A DNA stretch of 64,000 bases from the human T2T-CHM13v2.0 reference genome, Homo sapiens, in NCBI RefSeq assembly GCF_009914755.1, contig NC_060929.1. One strand, given 5' to 3'. Below the pieces are notes generated by a model. It searched no databases, was not told where the DNA came from, and saw nothing but the letters and a program-made list of their open reading frames with translations. This document shows, piece by piece, positions 43,793-57,827 of this stretch. Made by a program: the position numbers and the translations under genes. The number at the start of each line of letters is the position of its first letter. Positions within the stretch are counted from its first letter, which is position 1.

Positions 43793-44927
43793 TAAAATGA
43801 TAATTGGAAGTCATCACCAATAATATGTTGAAAGAGAAACATGAAGAAGAGATCAATAATTTAACATTCATTGAAATACAAGTTTCACTTGATGACATTC
43901 AGAAAAGATGACATTAACAATGATTCCAGAATCAACTCTAATGTGGTGACCACAAACACAGACAGACGTCTGGACATGATAAAGTTAAATTTCAAGCAAA
44001 GTGTACTCACTAATAACTTAATAAGAGCTCCTCAGCACATTATGGGTTGGAGCTCAAGGAAGACACTTGAATCCAATGACGAATTGTTTTAGTTTGGAGA
44101 ATATGCTAATTTTCTTCTGGTAATAATTTTAGAAAACATAGGTTTTCTTTTCCAGGCAATTATTTTAATGAATCAATTGGGGTTTCAAGAAATAGTCAAA
44201 AGAGTTCAATTTGGTTTCAGGTTCAGCAAAATGAGATCATGCATTCTGTTTTTGGTTCAGCTGGGGTCAAGTCCTGTGCCTAAAACAGACTAATAGGAAT
44301 TGAGATAATTTTATTTTTATGCACTTGGCTCCTCTCATCTTTCCTCCTATTTTTCTTTCCCAAACATCTATAGATCCCAACGTTTTGATCTCATTGAACT
44401 TTTTCTGCATTGTATATTAACTTCTCTCCCCTCCCAAACTGAGTTTATTCTCAGCTCTCTCAGTCCTTTATTGGACTACTGGTACAATGTTCCTTCCTAC
44501 ACACAAGTGGGATATTGATGAACCAACACGTTACTCCTTTTATTTATGCCTTCACTCTTATTAAACTAAATGATGACATATTATATCATGCTAATAACAC
44601 ATGTGTGGAACCAGAATGGGAAGCGACTTGAAAGTAACATCATCTCTCAAAATACAAATGCCCAGAGCAATGCTCAAATGAGTATAAGCACATAGTTAAA
44701 TGGTTAAAAATAATGTACATCAGTAAAAAACGTAAATCAGTAAAAATGTTCCAAATAACAGCTTAGACAATTTGTGAGATCAATGATAGAAATGATAATG
44801 TAGAGAAGAAAGAATTTCTTTAACATTTTCAAATTGCAGCATGAAATTGGTGTTGGTGTTATATTGACTCTTGGCAGAAATGGTTTCTTCCTAGACACAT
44901 GAAGAATAAGCTCCAGATCTTTCTTAC

Positions 44928-44977
44928 CTGTTATGGTGGCTTTGTTGATGGATGGTTGGTTGCACATGGGTGATCTT
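44928..44977 (-). CDS. PDE4D: PDE4D long-isoform coding exon (linker region 1), 50 nt
   Basis: Minus strand tttctgtctttgtcag|A AGA TCA CCC ATG...ATA ACA G|gtaaga = (K)RSPMCNQPSINKATIT; phase 2 in, phase 1 out. The next constitutive (UCR2, EEAYQKLA...) exon is not seen in the window. Confidence 0.98.
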
Positions 44978-46577
44978 CTGACAAAGACAGAAAAACACAA
45001 AGCAGTAAATATGTGGGGCTTATTGATTTGATCACTCTCTGAGTCATTTCAGATATAGCATTTTACTTTAAAGAATTATTTTTAAGTTTGGACACGCAAA
45101 TGATTTCTTTCAGACTAGCCAGACAAGTCCCTAGGCGTTCTTTGTATTATGGCTCAGATCACACATGTCCAAAAAGAAAACTGGTAAATCTCACAGTGAT
45201 TGATTTGGGGTAAATAAAGCTGATGTAAGTGTCACTGGGACATGAGAGAAGAGGAAATTCTTACAGACTTTATTCGCTGAAGCCAGAGCTTATAGACTCT
45301 GAATTTGAAAAAGCAGTCAATTTATAATTGTCTTCCCTAATACAGGGTTAAGAAATTTTTATTGTTGGCCTAAATTCTCGTGATTGCCTGTACATTATCA
45401 GAAGTGAATGATTTGTTGTAAACTATCTTATAATTAGAGAAGCTATTTGAACTTTTTCCTTTCTTTTCTTATATTGAAAAACACCTCTGATATATTTGTT
45501 AGAGAGGTATATTAATGACTTGTCCAAATAGATACTATAGAAGCTTTAGAAATACTCTAAGCCAAAGGTACTTAAATAAATTCTATCTTGTGTTCTCTAA
45601 GTTTTCAGATGTTTGCCAAGTTCCACAAAATGACTATAAACCCCTTGAAGTAAAAAAAAAAAGCATGCTGTCTGATTAACTTATATTCCCTACAGAGCCT
45701 AGCACAATGCATCCAGTATTCCGTCAGTGCTTAATAAATTATGTTGAAAAGAATATCATTTATAAAGTATCCATCAACATTTTTGAAATATAACTTTATA
45801 AAGTTATTACTTGTAACTGACAGCTTTTAAAATATAATGATTAAAAAACACTTTTAGATACATTCAAAGATGTCTGATATATATATATATATATTAGGTA
45901 TATAATAATTATATATATATTGCCTCTACCAAGGGTGAACACTTAATAAACACTTCTTGTGGATCAGACATTGCTAAATAAGTACTTTAAATGAATTATC
46001 TCATTGAATCCTTACAATAAGCCTTAAGGAAGTAAGTTTCATTGTTCTCATTTTACCAATGAGAAAAACAAAACTTTGAGAATTTGAAGAACTTGTTTTA
46101 AGTAACGAAGCTGAGATTTGAACTAAACGAATGTGATCCTAGGGTCTATGCTCTGCTTTGCTGCCTTAGTTTGAGATGTTTTTGTGGAACCTGCATGCAC
46201 AGCCTCACATATGTGCCAATGGCATCAATCTCTTCAAATATGCCTTGCTGAGATGATGAATTTCTTAGCAGGGTGGGGGAAAGTTGGGGAAAGCAGCCTG
46301 GGATTTTGTAAATTCTCACTGGTTCCACTCAGCCTCTGGCTCCCTTTCATTGCTCCTAAGGTTATTGGTATCGATTTGGGATTAAAATTTTGTGTTTGAT
46401 TGAAAATGCACCAAATTTTACTTCTGAATTATTTTAGTTTTTTTTAGTTATAAAATAAAATGGTTGGGGGAAAAATGGGGAGAATTTAAACTCGATAAAC
46501 CAAAATATTAATATTTTAAGCAGCTGCTCTGAAATAGCTCTGGTCTATATACCAGTAATTATCTTCTTCTTCTTAAA

Positions 46578-46790
46578 TTTTTTTTTTTTTAAAGTTTTGA
46601 GATAGGGTCTCACTCTGTTGCTCAGGCTGGAGTGCAGTGGTGTGATCATAGCTCACTACAGCCTTGAACTCCTGAGCTCTAGTGATTCCCCCCACCACCT
46701 CAGCCTCTCAAGTAGCTGGGACTACAGGTGCATGCCACCATGCTTGGCTAATTAATTTTTTTTTTTTTAGAGATGGGGTCTTGCTGTGTG
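46578..46790 (-). mobile_element. AluJ, partial
   Basis: Right arm plus part of the left arm. Confidence 0.88.
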
Positions 46791-49512
46791 TAACAGGGTG
46801 TTATCTGTTACCTTCTGGCTAAGAGTTTATCATTCAAATAATTGATATCCTGATTACTCCTTTTTAGTCCTTGCTCTGTGAAAATTTAGAAACCATTGAT
46901 TTTGTCTGGGAATGGTATTAAATAAATATTTTCACACTCTTCTACAGTTTTGGAAAACCAAATGGTTGACTCAATTCTAATTATCTCCTTTTACTATCAA
47001 TCCTACAATTAACTGGTACTCAGGAACTTGATATCTGAACAAGTAATGGCAAGCAGAAAATATTAATACTTTGATCCATGGTTGCCTCGATACCTCCTCT
47101 AATGACAGATGAGCCAGAACTCACTTCTGGAATAAAAAATCTCAAGGGCAAAACAAAAACAAAAAACCCAAGGTGACAAGAAGCAGTAGTGTGTTAACAA
47201 GTCAGCAATGTGCATCTGAATACCCACCCAGGGGCTGGGTTTGGAATGCATTCTTCCTAGACTCCTTTTCTGCAGCAAATAAAAAGGGTGGCTTGTGCAA
47301 AGGAGCACATGCCTTCCATAAAATCCAAGGATGAGCTTGGAAATGTTCTAGTGGCTCTGTGAGTGCCCAGCAGGAAAGGTTCTGATTCTCCCAGGGTCAT
47401 CATGTCATGAGGCAGAGTTACAGCACTTTGTTCTCACTGAACAGAATCGAGTTTAGCCGTGAATAGATTGAATCCTACTATTCTGATACCCAAAGAAGCC
47501 GATTTGGTTTGAATCAGTAATGGAGGCACAAATTTGCATTGACCAAAAGGAAGACCACAGTGGCCTTTACTTAGAGTCTGCCAGATAATACTGTTTGGTT
47601 AGATGTCACCCTGGGCATTGACAAGGCAGAGAGGAAGTTCAGGCTCAAGCTATGATTTTCTGTTTTCTTCTAGCTCCTCCTTTCCATTTCAATCTGTTCC
47701 ATCCCTGTATGTCAGCTGAAAACTTCTGTCTTGCATAGAAACAGGCCTCAGATCGTCTCTGGAGCCTGACTGATCAACTATTTACCTGCCACAGATTTAA
47801 ATGCTGGTACCCAGGTGACCACATGTAAAGGAAGCATAAAGGGAGTTTCTTGTTCACTTTTTAAAGACAAAAATCTCAGTTTCCTGGGTAAAATTCGAGA
47901 CTAAAAAGTTTGGGAGTGACAACCAGTTAACTTCATTTCTTCTGCAGAGCTGAGACTTTCTAAGGGGGAGGTGATTGACCTTACAAGCTACCAAATCCCC
48001 AAAGCCCAAGGGGGCCGCTGAGGTCAGTATGACATTGCACGGCCACGTTACATAGAAAACGTGATTGGTAATGAACAGGTACCTCAAAGCATGCCCTCAG
48101 ATTTTACATGCTGAGTTACTACTTTGCCCTTTCAGCGAACAGGCCTTTGCAGACTGATAGACTCTGCATTATGCTAGGCACAGGGAATACAAATGTGAAC
48201 CGACTACATTCCTACTCACTGGGAACTGACAGTGTTCAGGAGCATCCCAACAGACAAACAGGCAACAGGAGCACAGAGAGCTACGTGCTAACATAGGAAT
48301 CAAGTACAAGGTACAATCAGACAGAGATGGAAAGGCACATCACTTTGATTAGGGCTTGTGGGTGTGTGTCTATGTTGGGTATCATCAGGGACAATGCTCC
48401 AAGAGAAATTTTATTTAAGCTGCAACCAAAAGAATGAATGACAATTATCCCAGTAGATGAGGAGAGGAAGAAGAAGATGAGAAGTATTCAGGCTGAGAGA
48501 ATAGGACTGCAAAAATTCATTACCTGGAAAAACAGAACCTAATGGGTTCCATTCCAATAGCTTGCATTGTTACATTTATATTGATTTTTAAAAACTTTTT
48601 TCTATCACAAGAAGTACTTGAATAACGGCCAGAGCTATTTTTGATAATGAAAAACGTGAATCTGGGAGGTCAATTTTATTACTATGAAATGTAAAGTTCA
48701 GATTTCTCATTGTTTTTAAGAAGTAGTAACTACTATGAAATGTTATGCACTTAGGTAAGTTATAGTTCCTAATACACTTATATTTACTATCCTCTTAATA
48801 TGATTTAAATGTTTTTTTTCCTTCTGGAAAATTATTTGAAGTTGGCATTTTAATATTTTATTTCATATTAATAGCAGATTTTTTTTTAAAAAAATGGACA
48901 TTGAAATAACAGCAAACCAGTTTTCCATTTAATATTGAAAAATTACTTTTATCTTTTTAGATTTTTTTGCCTTTATCAAGAACCTGAAATGATAATCCTT
49001 TCCCATCTTTCAAATGCTTTCCCTGTTGTCATATAAACCACAATTCTATTAATTGCTCCATGAATGCTGCTGATCTGAAAGTCAGTAACAGCAGGAGAAT
49101 CAAAGATCTTTGCTATGATATGGCGCTTCTCCAAATCATCGTTGTCTTGAGAGGATGACTTTCAGCTGATCTTAAGGTGTGATGAGATTATTCACCCACG
49201 GTTAATTTATGAAGTAAGCCGAAACTATAAAGTTACCCTGAGTGTAAATAACTGGGCGGAGGACTGATCATGCCAGGTGATTTCTGACAGATGGAATCAC
49301 CATATTTATTTGTCATACTGCTTCATTTCTGATATTAGAACCATCACCACGAAGTATTTATAGAAAATTAACAGGACATCATATGACTTAGTATACACAG
49401 ACAACATGGCAACAACACAGAGAAGTCTAACATATTGCCTTGGGCTCAATCAAGTTGAGAAAACTTATTTAAAAGTTCAGCAAAAAAGAGGGGGGAAAAA
49501 AGGATATCTTAC

Positions 49513-49586
49513 TTGCTAGGTGCTCGATCTTGCAAATTAGTTAATGCAGCAAAGTTGTTTCGTACAGTTCGCAGACTGGCCAAGAC
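49513..49586 (-). CDS. PDE4D: PDE4D long-isoform coding exon (end of UCR1/start of LR1), 74 nt
   Basis: Minus strand ttcttgttgtag|GTC TTG GCC...CCT AGC AA|gtaaga = VLASLRTVRNNFAALTNLQDRAPS(K). RTVRNNFAAL matches PDE4D rather than PDE4B (RSVRNNFTIL). Phase 0 matches the previous exon. Confidence 0.98.
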
Positions 49587-50529
49587 CTACAACAAGAAAG
49601 GATTCTTGAAACTTCTTGAGCTAAGGCCATTTTAAATACACTTGAAAATGGTTTGTTAAGAGAAAACTTGATATTGCTTGCAACTTAGTTTCATATACCA
49701 CTAAAGAATCTCCCAACACTTAGTGCAGTTTGTAGGTATCCACACGAAATCCAGAGAGGCCAGACTGCAGAAATTTTCCAGAAATCTCTCCACATTGTCT
49801 ATGCACATGGTGACAGTAGCAGCAGTTTCCACAGTATTTCTGGGTTCCTTAGTCACCAAGACAATATTCCAGGCAATACACAGATAACATGATTGCATTT
49901 TTGCACATTTCAAATAGTATAATATAAAATGCTAATAAAGCTCACTTTAGGGATAAAAAATTCCCTACTCCCAAATCTCTTCAAAAATTGATGAAGAATC
50001 TCATAATAATAAGTTGGCAAGTGAAGTGAATTTTAAACTGTTTTTCTACCTTTGCCACATGGCTACTCTAGCTAGTAAGCAGACATTGTTTTCTTTTGTT
50101 AAGGTTATCTGAATTGTGCATTGTAAGAAGCTCTCAGGGATGCGTTTCTCATGTAAAATGCTACGCCCTGTACATGCACAATGCTTGGCACACAGAAGAT
50201 ACTCAATAAAAATTTGTTGACTAAATGAATACATAGACACAACATGCCCACACACATGACAAGGCAGGACCAATAGGTGTCACTATCTCTAACAGTCGCT
50301 TTTTCTAATTCCAGTTGGAACTAGAAAGTAGCCAAGGGACTGGAAGTGAGCCTAGGAGAAGGTTCCTAGAGCCTTATCTCCTTCTTCCCTCCTCTCTTTC
50401 TCCTGAAATGGGCAAGTTTCCCCAGGGTCAAACCCATATTAGATGGGATTATAGGTGATTTGGGTGACAGCTAGAGTGCTAAGTTTATGTAAAACACAGA
50501 TTCCAAATGTCTGAGTAGGTATTACCTAA

Positions 50530-50730
50530 CAACCCAGACTGTCTGGCTCTGTTATGTAGTAAATGTGTGAACTTGGACTAGATATGCAACCTCTTTGTAC
50601 CTCAGCTTCCTAACCTGGAAAACTGGGATAGTGATACCTACCTCGTAGAATTGTTGTGAGGAGTATATGGAATGACAGGTTTGGTGCCAAGAACAGTGCC
50701 TGGCAAATAGAAAGCATTCAGCCAATATTA
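50530..50730 (+). mobile_element. MIR
   Basis: Core cctcagcttcctaacctggaaaactgggatagtgatacctacctc. Confidence 0.75.
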
Positions 50731-52934
50731 GCCCATGATGGCAGCGTTACCTTTGACTTAATGACTTGGCATGCACTTGGGAAATTTACTTAATGCCTAG
50801 CATTGGTAATTCAAGAGTCTCCAAAGTTTTAATTGCTTCAAAGTTTCCAGAGTTGTTTTCAGAAATGTTTCATCTGGCACAGACCTAGACTAAAATCAGT
50901 CTAATTTTTTTTCTAAGACAAAAATGTCCCAGACTCTGTTTTGTTGTTGCTGTTTATGAAATTGACATTCATTTGTGTAAGTCAATGGAGAGCTGTGTAC
51001 GCCTTGGGACAGTGACTTAGAGAATTTTCCCCTAAAGGAGTTAATGCTGCTTCCTAAGAAGCCAACCGTGATTAACTCAGTCACTGGAAAAACCTGGCTC
51101 ATTATCTCATATAAACAACCCACGGCTCTGAAAGGTCACGCTGCCTATGATGGAGTATTCAAATGGCCGACTGCTGACATCAGACCACGATGTCTTTCAT
51201 TAGGCATGAAATCTTGAATGATGCAGAAGTAAATCGGATAAATGATCCACTGTCGTTAAATCATGCAGGCTTAATTTATGTTTTAAGAAGTGAATATCAA
51301 ACATACTAATGGAAACTTTAAGATAAAATCATTGCACCAGCTAATTGATCCCCTTCCTAGGCAAAATTTTTAACCCTAAAATTCTGAGATTTTTATTCCA
51401 ATACATAATAGTTAAGTTCATTGCAGTTGACAGCTGGGTAAATAGACATAGAAATGCAGGCAACTTATTTTCTATGATCATTTGAAGGGAAACATCAGTC
51501 ATGAAAAGAAAAATTAGTTCATCAAAGAAAAAATTTCTGTAGAGGAGTTTTTGCCTCTATTATAATAAACTTCTAATTTAATAAGTAATCTAATTTAATA
51601 TCATTTTGTCTTGGTTTTTAGTTTAAAATTTATGTATTTTTGTATAATTTATATCTTCACATGCTTCAGAATTTAAACAAAAGAGTATAAAGCAAACAGT
51701 CTCCCCTTCAATGATTAAGATAAAAATCAAAATTATTATTACTTCTGAAAAGACGCAATAGAAACAGATTAACCTGGGGAGGGACACTCAGGGGACATTA
51801 AAATACTGATAACTGTTCTATTTCTTAAACTGTTCATTTTAGTATTATTCTTTATATTTTACATAATTACAAGCTATATTCCCTTATATATATGAAATAC
51901 TTCAAAATAAAAAGTGAAAAAAGGAATCTGTCTTCCGGTCTCTCCTTCAGACAATCAGCTGCCTGGCCACTAGCAATCAACTTTTAGGTTTTCTATCTTA
52001 AAGTTGTTTTTGTACAAACACTGTTGCAATAAATAATCTTGTAGAGAAATTATTTCCTAGGCATGCCAGTATTAGATTATTTATTGTGTGTGTGTGGGTT
52101 TTTTTTTCTTTTGCAGCAGGACAAACTATTTTATAAATTTTATGTTTGGTGTTAACTATTATCTTCTACAGTATGACATGTATGCTATTGGCAGAAGTGT
52201 AAATAACATTTCTAGACAAATCTTATAAGGGGGTGTTGTCTTGGGCCTCGCTGACTGACTCTTGGTGTCGTCATCACTGTTATCACTGTGTTAGTCTTTT
52301 AAGCTTTCACTTTGCATTGCAGGGCACAAAGAGGGAGCATCTGTTACTGCAGGCTGTGGGGAGAACTATAAACAGTTTTACTGAAGCCCCTAAGTTAAAG
52401 TTCCATTGTTCTTTGCTTTTGTTCAGGGCAGCCCTCACTTCCCCTGAATTCAACTCTTTAAGAACTGTAGTCAAAGCTTTAAGGCTCCTTTTACAGTTGT
52501 CCTTACTCCTTAATGCTTGCTAACCAAAAAGATCCCTGACGTTTCTTCCACAGAGCTCAATGGTTAGAAAATTAAGGTCATTTCTTTCTCTTCTGCCCCA
52601 CCAAGCAGAAGTATAGCCAGTCAATGTCAAAATTACATTGGGAATGATGAGAAATATATATTCCTTAGGAAGGAAATACTGGTAGTTTTACAGAAAAATT
52701 TTAGACAAAGATGGTTCATGTATTAGCCCATGGGGAAGGATTCAATGTTATTTACGTACACTACTCTCGGATCTTCTTAGGTGCTTCTAAACATTTATTA
52801 AACAATAAGAATCACTGAAAATAGCAGGAAAATGCGGTTATCATTTAACACTTAAACAGCTGAACATCATAGCCTAAAAAAAAAGAGGAAAATAAATGGT
52901 TTCGAGGATTGTTTTTCATAACCATATACACTTG

Positions 52935-52953
52935 TTACCACTAGATGGCGGTA
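52935..52953 (+). promoter_or_regulatory. CTCF binding motif
   Basis: TTACCACTAGATGGCGGTA matches the CTCF core CCAsYAGrkGGCr, and sits in a local CpG-retaining patch (52948-53045) in otherwise CpG-depleted DNA. Confidence 0.8.
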
Positions 52954-53555
52954 AAACACAGACCATGAGGTTGAGGTGCCACTGGCGGCGGAGGAAGCGG
53001 CGACCCGCACTGGGAGAGATTCATTACTTCGGTTTTACCTCCGGAAAAAGCTGGAGTCAAGTTATGCTTATTTACAAAATAGAAAGGTCATTTTTATGAA
53101 AAGAAAACCTCTTTCCAGGTTATGTTTTGTTTAAACCCTATGAAATTGCTGGTTTGTACACCAGAAAAGGTTGATAGACAATTTTATATGGTTCGCTCTT
53201 AAAAAGAACTTAGATGTCCAGAAGATAGTAGTTGTAATTTAAATTAATTAAGGCTAAAGAAAAGCTAAAAATTTAGCACCGACTGAAACGAGGTGACTAT
53301 CTTCTTTCATAGCCTGGCAGGGAGGGCCTAGCACAGTCTGCAAGCTTGAGGATGGTGATGAGGCCACAAGATCGTTGCTGCTGGGTGAAGTGGCTGAGGG
53401 ACAGGCAGGAATATGAGAATATTGGTTATATTTTATTACCAACTAAATGGTAATATTCTATAGTATTAATAACTACTGCATTTTTATCCTAGAAGTATCC
53501 CAGGTGCTGTATTTTGGTTAGAGTAAAGGTAAAGAGATGTAGTTGTTCCTACCCC

Positions 53556-53812
<257 letters not shown>

Positions 53813-54129
53813 TAACATTACACACTTCCACATGAAAATTCTAGTCAACTTAGAGTTTTACTACAGGGTAGTTGTGTCACAAATCCTGGGATCACTGAGC
53901 CCGGAGGCAGCTGACAGCAGAGAAGAGTTTCCTACAGTTTATCAGCATTGTGCCTCCTTAGTGCTCCTTGGCCCCCAAGAACTCTGGCCAAGAAAAAAAG
54001 GTCAGTTGCCGCGTGCACTCCAGTGGGATTCCTCTCTAGCCTTCGTGCTAAGGAAACACCCACACCAAAAGATTTCAACACAAACACAAGAGAATACTTT
54101 AACAATTGAAATAAGAAAAATATTTAAAG

Positions 54130-54320
54130 CTGTCACTTTTTCTGAGGACCAAAGGGATTCTGAGCTTACAGGGGAAAGCATAAGAAATCAGAGGTGGAAA
54201 AGAGTTTAGGTTAAACACCAGCAAGAATTTCTAGCCCTGACAGTGTTTTAGACAATGGGATAAACTATGGAGAGATACTATAGGATCCTTTCTGAAAATT
54301 ACTATCCAAGATGTTTCAGG
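54130..54320 (+). mobile_element. L3/CR1 3' fragment
   Basis: gtttaggttaaacaccagcaagaatttct...acagtg...acaatggga resembles the CR1 3' region. Confidence 0.5.
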
Positions 54321-55881
54321 CTTTAGCCTGGCCAAAAAAGTGCAATCTATCTTTGCACGGCTTCCTAAATTCTCCTCTAATTTAGGATTTTGCTCTTTTC
54401 ACGTCAAAGGAAACCATGATTTGGAAACCATGATTCGTGTTTTGGAGATGGACTCAGGCATAAAGAAATGAGTTCTCAAGAAGAGGCAGAAGATGAGATG
54501 GATTTGGGAGGGGATCTTTGAACACCTTAGACAGGGGAAGGCCATTTTTAGGAGCCATGGGACAGAAAATATGCACAGAAAAATAAATCTGAAGGGATAT
54601 AAAATAAAATGTCAGTAGCAGTTATTTTGGGGTTTGGAATTTTAGAAAATTTTCCTTTTCTTTTTCTTATTATTTTTCTAAACTTTTATGCAAAAAGTTT
54701 TTGTTTTGTTTTGTCTTTTTGAGAAGCATAGCTTTTTCACTGGAATTTAGTGTGAAATTCCAATTTTCAAAGCATGCTGAGAAAAGAGGGTAATTCTTTG
54801 GCCTACTTGGCTAAATATTTTTCTGAGTGACTTTTCTAAAATCCATTGTTTTCTGTCCTTTGGTGAAAGCAATTATGGTATATCAGGACAAATTAGATTG
54901 GTATCACTTCAAGTGACATAAGTATCTTATATTTTTAGTTTTAAATAGTTAATGCTAAAATAGCACTTACCATTAAGTGGTAAGTGCTTTACTTTGTATT
55001 AAAGAAAATTTGAGAAGTTAGTGATTGGGTCAGCAAAACATGCCAATCATGTCCAACAGGGTTTAAGAGAAGGCCACTCAAACATACTCACTGGGACTTC
55101 TCTCTTAACCCCTCCCCACAGATGCTCTATGAAGAGTGGTGAAACTCTTCAGGGCTTAACAGTTTTTTGTTTTGTTTTGTTTTTAATTCTAGTGGGGCTT
55201 TCCAGGTCTTATACTCCAGTAAAAGGCCATTTGTGAAAACCATGATGAAGCCCCTTAAAAAAAATCGGCAGCCTCTCAAGTAATGACCACTCTCTACAAG
55301 GTGTTATGAGTCACTTAGCTAATCATAAACAAAGACTTAATATACTATGGGATTATTTTTAGGCATCAGATATGCCTATAAATTATACAGCTGATTTATA
55401 TTCCAAGTTCTAATTTCAAGTATATTAAGTACACATCTTTTTTATTTAAATAGCTTACTAACATGGACTAAATTACATATATGTGTGTATTTCCCAATAT
55501 CTTGAAATTCCATTAGTTTTTTTTCCTTGGAGATTATAGGTACACTACAGAAAATATCTAATCAGGTAAAAGACTAGATTTCCTTGGAATTTAAGAGCAC
55601 TGATGGCAGGGTTCAAGTCCAATTTACTAATCTATTTGTTGCAGCTTAATAAATATTACTTGATGTAAAAGACCATATATCATACACAGACCTTTTTTCA
55701 TTTGTTATTAAATATTTATATATATTTTTTCTTATAATAATACCTAGATCATTTGGTTAGAAACAAGAATAGCTACTTGAATGAACTCAAATTGGAATGA
55801 TTGGTTCTATGTTTGATGATGTTACTTACATTGTTATGCCATATTTTGTCTGTTCACCTCTCTCTCAGGTCTTAGATATAG

Positions 55882-56199
<318 letters not shown>

Positions 56200-57077
56200 T
56201 AAGTTTTCAATAGTAATCAATTAAAAACCCTCAGCTTTATAAGATTTTGCTATCACATCATATTATTAAATCATACAAGTGTAAATTTTTTGGACACAGA
56301 AATACAGGTACTAGAAAGAATTCATAATCTCCAGCAAAACCTTCAGCAAACAAGATATTAACCATCTGAAAAGGATGGTGATTGTATTTTATTTTTAATT
56401 GCCTGCATTAATTTAAAAAGTTACTATTATACATTATGTTACTTATGAATTGATTATATTATAGGTCTAAGTTACAGTAATAAAAGTTTGGAAAGTTTTA
56501 AAAAGTAGAACTATACATAATCCTACTATCTAAACCCTATTATCCATTTAAAAAATAATACTTATGACATTTTAGAAATGAAAGAACATTTTCAGCTCTA
56601 TACATTTAAACCAATCACAAAGTTTTTATAATATTATATTTTCAAGCAATTGTGCCTAGCATTTTATAAGCGTGGTATTATTTCAGTGTCTTAGCAATCT
56701 TATGAGGTGGGTACTCTTGGAACTGTTATTTAACAGAGGAAGAGACCAGGCTTGGAAAAGTTCAGTGACTCGCTCAAGTCCATTGAGTTGGCAAGAGGCG
56801 GTGAAAGGGTTTTAACTAGATCTGACTGTCTTTCATCCAGCTCAGTCCCCTAACTCTACCAGTTGAAAAAAAAGAGGACCCAGAAAATTTAAGTGAGTTG
56901 TCCAAGGTGCAAGAGCACCTTGATGTATGATATAGGCCTGATTATAATTTTTACAACCTCTCAGGATTACTTGCATTTTAATATTTAACATTTCTTACTC
57001 ATCAGTGTTGGTTTTAAACCTGCTTCATGCCCCAGGTTAAATCAGTTTTATCTCATTCCGCCCTTAGTTGTCTATAC

Positions 57078-57251
57078 CAGAGACTCTCAACTTCTCCTGC
57101 ACACTAGAAAAATACTAAGGCCTTTAACAAATACAGATGCTTGTAACAGATCTCCAAATTTTTGGATTTAATTGACCAGGGCTGCAGCCTGGGCACTGGG
57201 ATAAGAGGTCTCTAGGTTAATCTAACGTGCAGGTAGGGTTGAGAAGTATTG
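57078..57251. mobile_element. MER5A-type hAT-Charlie MITE
   Basis: cagagactctcaac...gttgagaagtattg with a perfect 8-bp TSD GTCTATAC (57070-57077 / 57252-57259). Confidence 0.85.
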
Positions 57252-57827
57252 GTCTATACATAGAACATCTGGTCATCAACTCTTTCATATTTATATTCCC
57301 AAACATTTTAGATCATGTTATCACCTGCTTGCACATATGTCATGTGGTTAAAGTATTTTCATGATTTGTATGCCTAGAAGGAAGAAGTAAACATCAACAC
57401 ATCACTCAGCTAAATCTCTGCACAAATGGCATATGTAAAAAAGAGATAAATAAGGTATTGGGTTGAATTGGAATATTGAATTTCAAGCACTGATCATGTA
57501 CCTAATTATACTAAACATAACTTAAGCCATGATATAGCCTTCTGCTTCTAGTGCTTATGTCAGTATGAGCCCAATTAAGTATATCCCTTAGCTAATTTAT
57601 TATTTGAAGCAAAGACACTCTTTGGTACTATGGGTTTATAGGAAACAGATTAATATAGCCAAAGTCACTTTCTCTAGCATTGCTTTTGAATTGCTTGAAT
57701 GAACCAAGAATTTGTATTTATACTTGTGCTTGATTTAAAATTAAATTAAATTAATAACCCGAACTAATTCCCCAAATTAAATTTTTACATCTGTGAGAAA
57801 CCTGCCCATTCACCAAGCTGTGCTTAC

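Noticed and set aside
48505-48545. Recursive-splice-like ttctgtttttccag|gtaatg (similar AG|GT motifs at ~26935 and ~5613)
   Set aside because: Regenerated donors are weak (GTAATG, GTGAAG, GTAGCA), and the best one lies in a short 4.5-kb intron; not supportable without sawtooth RNA-seq.
49176-49245. TGATGA...CTGA C/D-box snoRNA-like spacing
   Set aside because: Antisense to the host gene, no terminal stem, no recognisable guide.
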